NCBI GenBank assembly: GCA_051294375.1
Contig: CM119264.1
Location: 6,337,624-6,401,623 of the forward strand
From: Paraspadella gotoi
Taxonomy: Eukaryota; Animalia; Chaetognatha
Direction of reading: 5' to 3'
Length of the DNA stretch: 64,000 bases
The notes under the pieces were generated by a model. That model saw nothing but the letters and a program-made list of their open reading frames with translations, had not been told where the DNA came from and searched no databases. A program made the translations under genes and the position numbers. Below are positions 1-11,297 of the stretch, one piece after another. How positions within the stretch are numbered: position 1 is the stretch's first letter; the number at the start of each line of letters is the position of its first letter.

Positions 1-280
1 AGTAATAAGGCGGGCCAAAATTGAACACTTTTTATAACGTCTAGTTCTCTCCAAATTTTTGTTTTCTTTCTATTACTAAATCGATTTTCAATGCAAATTT
101 TCAAATTACTTCATTGGATTGTTGCACTGAAGCTTTTAAATATTTATTAATATATAAGAAATGACAATTTGTTTATTTTTAATATTTTTTAAGAACGGAT
201 TCCTATAGAGCTTGAAAAGTTAAATAAAAATTAGTACTACAATTTTTTACAATTTTGACAATAAATTGGTTTCAAATAAG

Positions 281-605
281 AAAAAACTTAAAAAATCATC
301 ATCATCATCATCATTGGCTGAATTTTATGGTTTTTTAAAATTTTCATCAATAAATCAAAAACATTTTTAAAATTGTATTAATAACCTTCATTTAACTTTT
401 AAAGCTCTATCAAAATCTATTAAAAAAAATTGAAAAATTAAAAAAAAATATTTCACTTTAATATAGTAATAAAAACATCTTTAAATGCTTCCGTGCGCTT
501 ATCAATTAGATAAATTTTAAAAATGATTTTCATTTTCATATTCTCAAACAGTCACTAAACCATTATTTATTTGAAAGAACTTCTAGTTTTCAACCTGTTC
601 CGGCC
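281..605 (-). repeat. Dispersed ~320-bp repeat; opposite-orientation copies at ~19096-19410 and ~40787-41100
   Basis: The reverse complement GGCCGGAACAGGTTGAAAACTAGAAGTTC...CATAAAATTCAGCCAATGATGATG matches GGCCGGAACGGGTTGAAAACTACAAGTTC...CATAAAATTCAGCCAATGATGATG. Confidence 0.85.
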
Positions 606-904
606 AAAAAGTCATCTTCCAAGCGACGTTGAAAAACATCGAGAGTCATATTCGATTTGATTTTTTTCTCGTATTACAAATTTATTGGCTGATTGGTTGA
701 CAATCGATTAAACGATCGATTGAATGATACATCAAATTATTTATTATCTCTCGACTAATCGAATGATTGGTTGATTAATTGAGTAACTGATCGATTCACT
801 GATTGATTTATTCACTCGACAAACGGATTTATGGACTTAATTTTTTTTTTATTCTGACTGACTGACTGAGTGAATTATTGATCGATCGTTTTAATTTCGT
901 CTAT

Positions 905-2572
905 TCACTGAATTCCGACGAATCCCTCGTCGCAGATGCAGTTGTACGACGTGTGCAAATCGTTTTTGATGCATTTCCCGTGAGATCCGCACGGATCTGA
1001 TAAGAATGGAAAAGAAGAAAGGGAATATAGATTATAAAGTTACATGAAGGAAGTTGCGGCGTTGCGCTGACGCGTTTCGATGAGATCCGAGTGCTCATTC
1101 GATGGAGAAAAGTCTTTGCATCCTTCAAGTCTCTCCAACAAACATTTCCTCTCGGCCTTGTTCCCGAGAACTCACCCTCGCGACTCTGAGGCAAACCTTA
1201 CCTTTCCAACCGCTGCCCCCAATCCGTCTCACCTCACCCCACCCTCACGCTCCCTCACCTCCGTGCAGACAAATGTCGATAGTTCCGCAATTGGGTCCCG
1301 TATATCCCGTTCTACAGGTGCAGGCGAAGTTATAAGGATCGTCGGGTGGCGCCATGCAGGCGCCGTCGTTCAGACAGGGCGTGTCGTTCAAGCAGGCGCC
1401 ACTGCGGACGGGCTGACGGCGTTTTTGGGTTTAGGGAGAGAAAGACGAGAAAGTTGAAGGAATTAAATCTAAACTATCAAATTATGTATGTTATTATCTT
1501 GTAGAAGGAATGATTGCCTTTCCAAAGTCGATGGGCTAGATAGCTTATTCATTGAACGAGTGGATAATTGTTACATNNNNNNNNNNNNNNNNNNNNNNNN
1601 NTGTACATTATTTGTACCAATTCCATAATAATAAAAAAAAAAAAAAGCAATTCGGTGACGATCAAAAAAAACACGAATATAAAAAAAATTACCAAAAAAA
1701 AAAATCATAGTTTAAGAAAAAGTAAATGATAAGTAAATACCGACACGAAGATAAAAAAAAGGAAACAGTCTCGAGCGTTCTTTCTCTCCGAACCCCCCTT
1801 CGCTTTTCCACCCCCTTCCTTCCCCCCGTTTCCCCTTCCACCTCTCCAACCCCCCCCATCCTCCCACGAAGGAGGCCCACCCACCGTATGGTTGTCTTGC
1901 GGCGACGTGAAAATCGCTCGGCGTTGATCCTCCGGCGCCTGGCGACGACGACGATCGATGAGAATGACGAATGATGACGACGGCGAAGAGGAAGGCTGAT
2001 CAGTCAGGCAGAACTGCCACTGGCGCTGAGGACTCTCGTCGCGCGGAGATGGAGGAGATGGGAAAGGAGGAGAGAAGAGAGAGATAAGAGAGAAGGGAGA
2101 GAGAGGAGAGAGAGAGAGAGAGAGAAGAATGTTTTTGTAGCTTTTCTAACTAAAGAATAAAATTCATCATGGATCGATATCAGTTCTAAAAATCAATCAA
2201 TGAATCATGAATAAATGAATCAATGAATCAATAATCATAAAAATCAATCAACCCATCTCAATATTCATAAATATCAAATAGTAACTGTAGTATTACGCTA
2301 CTCGTCCTTCTTTCACAGAATAATCAATCGATAAATAAATAAATCAATCACTGAAATCTTATTACCAATTTTTTATCGATGAATATTCAATGAAATGGAC
2401 ATTAAAAAAAAACCACACAAAACAAATTCCGATAAGAAGAAAGAAAGATATCTCTTTCGCTGCCTCTTTTCTAATTCAAAACTCTCCAATTATTGCTTAT
2501 GTATGTTTGCATTCTTGCACGAGAATCACAAATTCTAATGAGACTGAGGGGTGAGAGAGAGAGAGAGAGAGA

Positions 2573-2629
<57 letters not shown>

Positions 2630-4509
2630 TGAGAGAATGAAGAATGAGAGAGATTCATTTTAATTCTCGACATAAAAGCACAATGGATTCTCCCGCCCGT
2701 GTGGAGAAACGTTTTCTGTTTCCTCCCGAATTTGATTCGGCTACGTTCGATTCGTCTGCCTCATTTTCTCATTGGGCGGCTCACACTTTCAGGTGAGGAC
2801 AACTTGAACCGATTTAATTTGAAGTTCTCGCTTTTGGTGAAAAAATATAATTGTGCATATTATATTATATAGGCCACTATATTATATTCTGCCCTTTACT
2901 AAGAATTTCGTGATTGGGAACGATTGACGATGATGATGATGATGATGATGATAGATGTGATGATTTCAGAAGAGAGATTCAAAGAATAGATTACAAAGAC
3001 AATTCGTTTTTATAGATGCTCATTAAGTTTACTTTCAGGAGACTGGATAAAGCTACAAATTTAGTATCCTACGATTCAGCATATTGACAATATAATTGGA
3101 TCTGTCTAACAAGCTGCAGGTCGTAACAATCTTTCATTAATAATAATCTAATCCGGAGGACAATGGTGAAAAATCTGTCAGGAAAGCCTCTGACTTCACA
3201 CACACCTACCATGGCGACTTATTATTATTTAACGAGGCCATTGCGAAAAAAATCTTTTAGATGTAGTTGGAACAGATCGAATATTTTTAAAATTGACGAA
3301 AAAGTAATTTTCGACATTGGCTTTGAGTGCCTGATAAAATGTGATATAATTGTTTGATTTTAAAAATCAAGACATCATATAAAAATGTAGGACTAAGCTC
3401 TGGACTACGAACAAAGCCAGATGTTTTTTAATATATTCTTTTTATACCGGCCAAGGTAAATGGATGGCAATATTATTAATTATTAAGTTTCAAAAAATCC
3501 TACCATAAATATAGAAAATATTAAACCAAAATCTTCGAAAATCCACCCCTTCTTTGGTAAGATTTTCGGCCATAGAAGATTTTCCCCGAATCTGACTCCT
3601 CGGTTGAAAACTCTTAGAATTCCGATCGTTAGCTCCTCTTTTACTTACTTTAAATAAAATCATATCCAAAATAACCAAATAAAATGTAAAGAAAAATTAT
3701 TTGAGAGGCCCTTCAGACATATGGCTATCGGATTCCTGAATTTGAAGTTTATTGAAAAATCACAACATATGTTTAAATGTGTTGACCATTGATTGAAGTT
3801 GAGAATCCCTGTTATTTATATATAAAAATTGCGTCGAAAATATATTTCCCGAGGCGGACACAGTCCATTTGAATGCTGATGGTTTGATGACAAAATGTAT
3901 GGTTTATTTGTCAAGAGAAAAAAATGCGAGCCCTTCAGATGCAATAGGTCGGAGATTGATGTGTTTTACATCTATTTTTTACCTGAATTTTTCCCAGAGC
4001 GTTGACATTATTTGGTAGTCCGATTTTAACGAAAATCTCCATTGAAAAAGTCTTCCTCGATTTTTTAAGAACGACGTGTCCTATAAGACTGAAAGAACTT
4101 CTGAATCCAACGAGTACAGCAAAGACATTTTTTATTACGTGTACTGATTCACTGTATTCATTGTAAAGTGACAGTACGGTTGAAACACTCTGTACATACT
4201 TAATTTTTCTCTTCTTATACTTTCCTAAATCCTTCCCACCCTTCTGCCTCAAATTCTCCCTTCTTTCCCTAAAATCCTTCCTCCCTCCCGAAGCGCCCCC
4301 AGATCTGTTGGGCCTCGTCACACGGGCATACGCTCCTCCTGGACGTGACTTGACGGACAATTCCGCTCGCAGTTCTCCGTCAAACGTCTGACTTCGGCGC
4401 CGCCTTCGATTTCTGGCTCGACGGTTCTCGGGAGAGGTGTTGTGGATCTTGGCCACGCAGGTTAGGGTGCGGATTTCGTACTCTCGTCTCTCTCTCTCTT
4501 TCTCTTCTC

Positions 4510-4582
<73 letters not shown>

Positions 4583-6903
4583 TTTCAATTTAACTCTCAG
4601 GTTTGACTGCCTCTCTAGTCTGTCTGTATACATTGTCTCCTTATGTGTCTCTCCTTTTTGTCTATTTGCCAGTCTGCCCTGCTTTATTAAGTCGGAGGTC
4701 TGTACGGGTCTCCACAGCATAAAATTATCATTATGATCGGTTTTTCTCTCTCGAAATGATTATTGATTATTAATATTCAACCCTCCACCTAGTACGAGTT
4801 ATTCCCTGGGTCAATGATAGCTGTCGCTGCGAGTGGACTACGTTGTTGTGCAGCCAGGCGGGATTCGGCGCCGCCTGGAAGACGCGCAGGCTTGGCGTCG
4901 TCGTCAAAAGAAAACGAGCGAAGGCGCCGCTGGGTTTCCTTTTGCTTCAATGAATATTTCGATCTCCGTTGGAGGTTTTCGCGATCGCGTGAGAAAAGAG
5001 AATAATGCGGCGACGACAAACACAACAACGACAACAACTGCGACAATGAAACTTGACATTTGACCAAGGTCAAGTTCCTGACCTTAACAGTTTTTCCGTC
5101 GCCGAGGATTTTTGCTGAGATTTCTTTCTTTTATTCCCTAATCACTAATCATTTTCCTCTCTCTCTCTCTCGTCTCTCTCTGCCTTCAACTGATACCCAT
5201 TTCCTCTCCTCTTCCATCCCTCTCATTTCTCCCCTACCTCCCACCCCTCTCCCTCTCTCTCTCCCACCTTCTCTCTCTTCAGGAGCCTCCATCTTTCTCC
5301 CTCCTCGTCTACCTCCGGTAATTTGGTGTTTCTCCGCCCGAAACTTCCTTTCCTCTTCCTTCATCCTCGAAAGTGATACGTTTTTTATTGTCTCATCGTC
5401 CGCGCTTCTACTGGGCGGCGATCGAACTCTACTTCATCGGACGCCACGTGGCGCGGCTGGCGGCAGAGGAGTCGGGGGGCACGAGGCGACGACGACGACG
5501 ACCGACGATGTGAAGGCACGCGGAGTTGAATCGGAGTAAAATCCCGGTGATCTAATCAACGCTGGTGATTAACAAATCCGCAGCAAATTTCACTTTCCTG
5601 TTTGTTGTCTTTTCTTTCTGCATACATAGTGAATAGTGATAATCAATAAACGAAATGGTGAAATGTTTTTGTCTCTTCAAACCATCACGTAAGAAAATGA
5701 AAATACTCATAGATTTTTAAAATATATTTAAGATTTCGGTTTCTATCTCATTCGGAAAGTTGCACATCAAATCTTTCTATATTTTAAATCTCAATCAACG
5801 CCACACGAAATCCCCAATCAGCATACTTATCCGTACACTCTCCATCACGATCTGGAGACATAAACTTCCAAGAAGTCCTCCTTCCATCTCGACTGGCATC
5901 CATCTCTCCTTCTCACTCAACTACCCCTTCCACCCCCCACCTAACCCAGTAGACCATTCACAGCCCCCACCCACTCTCCCTCCAAAAAACCTCGGGCTCC
6001 GGCTTCTCGATGACCGCGGTGATCATGATCGGTCGCACCGCCGACTTCTTGGACCACCATCTTCTTCCACCTCCTCTCCTTCTTCGGCGACCGCCCGATC
6101 AGCCCGCCGTCTCCAGCGGCGCCACGAACTCACCTCCATCTCCGTCCGGGTGAGTGTCGCGCCTTCGTGTCAGATCTGCGTCGTCGCGAGAGAGAGATAG
6201 GGGGTGGGGGGGGGCGAGAGTCAAATCTTGATTAACAATAAATATCGCGGCGACCTCGAATATTAAAGATACGACGATAATCAATAATAAAAGGATGTTG
6301 ACTTGGAGAGGTCTTCGTTACTGACTTTAAACGCTTTTGCGCTAAGGTCACGTTTGGATGAGGAAGATAAGACTTGGTCGTTGTCCCTTGTCGTTGCTTC
6401 TTTTGTCGTCTTTGTCCTTGTCTTTCGTCGTTATTTTAAACGTCATTTGAACTCCAGAAAACAATTAACATTTACACGCTTCATTTCGTATTTAATTTCG
6501 AATGAAATTACCCAGCTAGTAGTTTCAAAACCCAAATAATTCTTTAACGATGAAAAGCGGAACAACGAGAAAAAGACAACAACAACAACAAGATTAAGAC
6601 AACAAACCCAATAAATAACGACAAGGACACGACCTTCGGCTGAGGCGTCTTCTTTTCCCGCCGCCGACTTTGTTGTTGTCCAATCGAGATACATTTGTGG
6701 AATCTGTCAAAAAACCAAAGGAACATCGCGAATTTGGGGCGGAAATCGAGATTCCATCGTCGCATTCAGTATCGTTCGTCTTCGTTGTCTTTTCTTTTCG
6801 TCGGTCGTCGATCGTCGTCATCGTCAATCCTCACTCGCTTTGTCGCCGGGTGCATTGCGTTTCCTGAGGTTCCATCGGAGCCTTTGGAGCAGCACTTCGG
6901 CAT
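905..6903 (-). CDS. Type II single-pass membrane protein with two EGF-like domains (5 coding exons reconstructed; 3' end uncertain)
   Basis: Exons (minus): 6903-6835 MPKCCSKGSDGDLRKRNAPGDKA; 6175-5991 NLNEGADTHPDGDGGEFVAPLETAALIEAAPEEGEEVEKMVDPKKSAVRPIMITAVIEKPEPE; 2043-1885 RDESPQRQWQFCLLISLLFAVVIIVILIVVVVAKAPEDQRRAIFTSPQDNHT (TM helix; first three exons read with help from the cleaner copy at 28850-23951); 1412-1259 PVRSGACLNDTPCLNDGACMAPPDDPYNFACTCRTGYTGPNCGTIDICLHG; 996-905 DPCGSHGKCIKNDLHTSYNCICDEGFVGIQ. Intron phases 1,0,0,1 are consistent and boundaries are GT/AG (the TM-exon acceptor AG is intact only in copy 2). EGF1 has the canonical six-Cys spacing with CxCxxGYxGxxC. Confidence 0.85.
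1577..1601. other. Assembly gap (25 N); others at 32390-32400, 60904-60928 and 62314-62338
   Basis: Runs of N in the sequence. Confidence 0.99.
2683..5529 (+). CDS. First (error-rich) copy of the CDP-alcohol phosphatidyltransferase gene
   Basis: Exons ~2683-2792, 4294-4460, 4793-4988 and 5283-5529 are colinear with 24674-27481. The many 1-bp indels look like read error rather than mutation. Confidence 0.8.
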
Positions 6904-7808
6904 CGTGGCTGCTGCGGAGAGGAAGCATCGAGTAGATTTTAAAAAACTTAATTAGATAATATTTTTTCTATACGGGTCTTCGGTCTTTGTTTAGTTATAA
7001 TCTAAATACAGATATTATTTGCATTTATCCGTTCATAAAAGAATAATGGTGACCTAACAAGAAACATTGAAAAAGATAAAGCAATATCGTTTCAATTTAT
7101 TCGTAATTCCTGTTGTAGATCTTGTTGTAGATCAGGAAGAAGCACTACAGTTTTACCGCCCCAAAGGTTTAAACTATTTAACTCCCGGCCAAGGAGTCTC
7201 TTCAACAAAACCGTCTCACCTAACTATCGACTTCTGAAGTCGAGTCGATCGATTTTGTCCGTCTCTTTTCTTTTTCTTTTTTAGTTTCGTTCGGCGACTT
7301 TTTTTTTTTCGCCGCCATGTTACAACCTCACTCTGACTCTACGAAGTTTTTTTCTTCTTAGTTTTTCTTTTTTCCTGCGAATGGACGCCACGTGGAGAAA
7401 CTATTAAGTTAATTTAATTATTTTTTGTTTAAGCTAAGCGACGACGATCGTAACAAGCAATACTATTTGAAATGGTGAGTCAAGAATGTCGTTATTAAAA
7501 ATAAGTGGGAGAAAGAGGCTTATATATATCAAGGGAAGGAAATATAAACTTTAATGTAGACTTTTTAATAGAAAGATTAATGCTAAGGAATTATTAGTGA
7601 AAAAAAGTTGTCTTGGATAAAAACCAAAAGAGCGAGGAGCTAAGATAAAAATAATTATTAGAAGATGTTAAAAATAAACAGAGAACAAAAAAATTTCGTT
7701 TCACTTAAAACAACAACAAAACAAAAAATTGTGCTGGAAAGAGAAACTCTAAAGGAAAAAGAAAACCCAAAGAAAAAATTCTCTTGGAGAGAGAAAGAGA
7801 GAGAGAGA

Positions 7809-7840
<32 letters not shown>

Positions 7841-8494
7841 CGAGAGAGATGAGAGAGAGAGAGAGAGGAGAGGAGAAGAGAGAGAGAGAGAAAGAAAAGA
7901 GGAACGGGGATTAAGAATTTTCGAGAAAAGAAGGAGAAATATTTGGGGCAGACGGGACGCGGAATTTTTTTTATATCGAGGTTTCACAAGTGAAACCGAA
8001 GAGAGGCAACTCGGTCCGCGAACGAGCGGAAAAAGGATCTCGACCGGTCATTACTCGACCCCGGAAACTGGGACTTACTTTTTTTTCCATCGGCGGGGTC
8101 GGGGAGGTGGAGCTCGGTTTTCGTTTGAAAATGTCTCCGTCATTGTCTTCCGTTGTTCTTTTTTCTTTTCCTTCATTTTACGGCCATTCTCTAATTGTGT
8201 TTCTTCCGAAATAGTCGCAAGTAAAAGTTTAAAATATAATTTCTAATAAAATTGAGTTTTAATCCGAAAATATCTGTATCAAGATTATAAAATTTCTTTT
8301 AATACATGACGGAATTCGTACGTATGTTTACTATTTGGAGAAAAAACTCGTCGCTCGGAAAATCGTTTTCTCGGTTCCAGTTTGCGATGGAATTTCGTTT
8401 CCCAGAATTTCGTTGCAATGGAAATTCCGGTTTAGGTCGACGAGGCCGATTTCTAAATCTCGGATGCGAGCATGACGAACGACACGACGACGAA

Positions 8495-8544
<50 letters not shown>

Positions 8545-9475
8545 ACGACGACGACGAACTTATTTCCTACGCGGGTCAAAAAGCCTCCTCTCCGCCATCG
8601 TATGAAATTAAAACGAATTTGGAGACGGCAGCGGCCGACATTGAATGGAGCGGCGGCTGCGCGGCTGCTGCGGCTGCGGGAGGTGGGCGTCGGCGTTTCG
8701 GTAGGTTCAGTCGGTGATGGGGAGACGAGAGCGGATCGATGGTTGAAGTGAATGAAAAAATGGGAAGGGACGGAGTGAGATTAGGCGTATGTGAACCCCG
8801 AGAGAAACTCGGGAGAAAGCGTGGGCAAAAAGTGGGAGTTTTAAAAAAATGGGAGCAGAAATAATAAAAGTAGGAGGACTGGAAAAGGCGAGAGGAGCGA
8901 GTTTGGAAAAATTCACAGTGTCGGTGAAAAGGAGGGATAAAAGAGGAGACAGGAAAAAGTGAAACTGTGAAAACATGAAAACAGTGAAACTTACTATGGT
9001 CGTCGGTCGGTCGAAATGGATCTGGGAAATTGGTTTAACACTCAATGGCGGCGAAATGAAGTGGAAGAGGTGGGAGAGAAGGAGTGGAGAGGAAAAGGAA
9101 AAATATAGGGAAGAGAAAAAAAAGAAAGAATTGGCGGGAAAAGGACCGAAATGACTTTGTTACTTTCGAGTACAAAAAAAAAATTTTACCACCTTAACTA
9201 AAGCAATTAACTATTGTAATTTGTCAGGAGGGTTTGTTTAAAATTTATCCTTTTTTCTTTTCTTTTCTTTTTCTTTTTTCTTTTCTTTTTTCTTTTATTT
9301 TTCTTTTCTTTTCTTTTCTTTTCTTTTCTTTTTTTTCTTCTCTTTTCTTTCTTTTACACCATTTTTTCTTCTCTTTTTCCATTTTTTTTTCTTTTGGCGA
9401 ACGTGGGCTGCGAGGCTGACGCGAGTTCATGGATTGAAATTGAATGCCGCGAAACATGTGTATTTGCTATGAATA

Positions 9476-9579
<104 letters not shown>

Positions 9580-10419
9580 CTCTCTCGAATAAAATAAATA
9601 CAAATAAACAAGGAGATCTGTCTCAAAAAACAAAACATATTATGATGATTTAAACAAAAAACATCGCTGGTATTTCCAATATATTTATTTCTGAAAAAAT
9701 ACCTTTTTAATAGTTCATGCACACAGCGCGTCTTAACAAATTGAACAAACAAATAAAAACGTAAACTGCATAAACGGGAACCATGTATGTATAACGAGGG
9801 CGACGAGGAGGAACACAAAGCGAAACAGGACAGAAAACAATATTTTTACCGCCCTCCTACTCAATCCCTTAACTGCGATAATGAAAAATTAAGATATTCC
9901 TTTTACATTACATCATTTGAAATTAAGTTTTTAAACCCCCCCAACCCACTTCTGCTTAAATTTTACGCTCGCGGGTGGTTTCGCATAACATCCATCACTC
10001 GATTGAAAAAAAAAAAACGCAATAAAGAAAATGTTTACTTGTTACATTTACAACGACAGCTTTCGACTGGTTGTACTCCACAGCCTGGATCATGTTACGA
10101 CCGTAGAATCGCCCGCGCGTGTTTCGTCAATGACTTCAATCTACGATCGAAAAAAGCAGAAGAAAAAAAAGTGGACAAAATTGATCGTGAAGATTAATCG
10201 ACTTCGTAACTTGGTTATCTCGCGACTATCTTTGCCCTCCACCCTTCCGCTGCCCCCCTCTCACTCTTCCCCAATTCTCGTAGCAACGTCCTTATTCTTT
10301 GCCATCTTTTATCGTTCGACGCTCCTCTTTGCCACCCATCATGCCAGTTAGTCTTCGCCATTTGTCAAATGTCTGTTTTTTACCATATTCCTCTACACTC
10401 TCTACACAGTCTACCGTCC

Positions 10420-10805
10420 CGCCACTTCTGCCATCTCTCCGCCCCACCATTCTGCCATCTCCCTCCATGCTCGCCCACCATTACCACCTTCTGCCAACTC
10501 TCCGCCCGCCTTCTACCATTCTCAACCACTTCCGACATCATTGTCATTCTTTGCATCTCCTCATACTCGGCACCATTACCATATTCCTGCCATATCTCCG
10601 CACCCCTTTTGCCACTTCTCCATGATCAGCACCATTACCACTTTCTTGCCATCGTCTCCGCCCCACCTTTCTGCCATCTCCTCCACGTCCGCACACATAC
10701 CACCTTCTGCAATCTTCCAGCAGCCGCCTTTCACCATCTCTCTCCACTTCCGCCACCATTGCCACCCTACTGCCATCTCCCCGCGCCACCTTCCGCCATC
10801 TCCTC
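10420..10805. repeat. Degenerate ~60-bp minisatellite (~6 units); partly collapsed around the N-gap in copy 2 (32261-32450)
   Basis: Unit ~CCACCTTCTGCCATCTCTCCGCCCCACCTTCTGCCATCTCCTCCATGCTCGCCACCATTA. The spacing is exactly 60 bp between 32264 and 32324. Confidence 0.8.
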
Positions 10806-10807
10806 GG

Positions 10808-11258
10808 TCAAACTCCGATGGATTCGGACGTCGAGTCGAGGTTCGTCATTTTGAAATCCGTTCACGTCGTCGATGGCTCGTAATACGATTGCTGCCGGCC
10901 GCGTCACCGTCACCGCCGCACCCACGCCACGCCCACCTAGCGACGGCCCGCGCCATGGGCGGCGTACAGAGGCTGCTGCTGTTGCCCGCGACGGCGTTTC
11001 TGAGCGGGTTGCCGCTCCTCCTCTGGCGTCATGAAGCGGGTGGAGAGGGTGACGCAAGGTGGCGTCGCCCGGCCCGTCCGTCAATGGAACGGACCGTCAG
11101 GTGACAAGGCGTCGATGCCGGGAGACCGGTAAGTCGTATAAGCGTCGGTCGGCGCCGGAATCGAAGGGCGGCGCCGAGACGAGAGCGGACGCGTCGGCCA
11201 GCGTGCTCGGCCGAAGGCGAGGCGAGGCGTTGCAGCTCGAGGGCGCTGTTGTGTTGGC

Positions 11259-11297
<39 letters not shown>

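Noticed and set aside
905-6903. Identification as teneurin, Notch or Delta
   Set aside because: Only two EGFs lie close to the TM helix, and no DSL, LNR, NHL or YD sequence is visible. The topology is type II.
10420-10805. CRISPR-like array, or neuropeptide precursor with GRR repeats
   Set aside because: There are no unique spacers or cas genes and the DNA is eukaryotic. There is no signal peptide or continuous frame, and GRR is not kept in all units.
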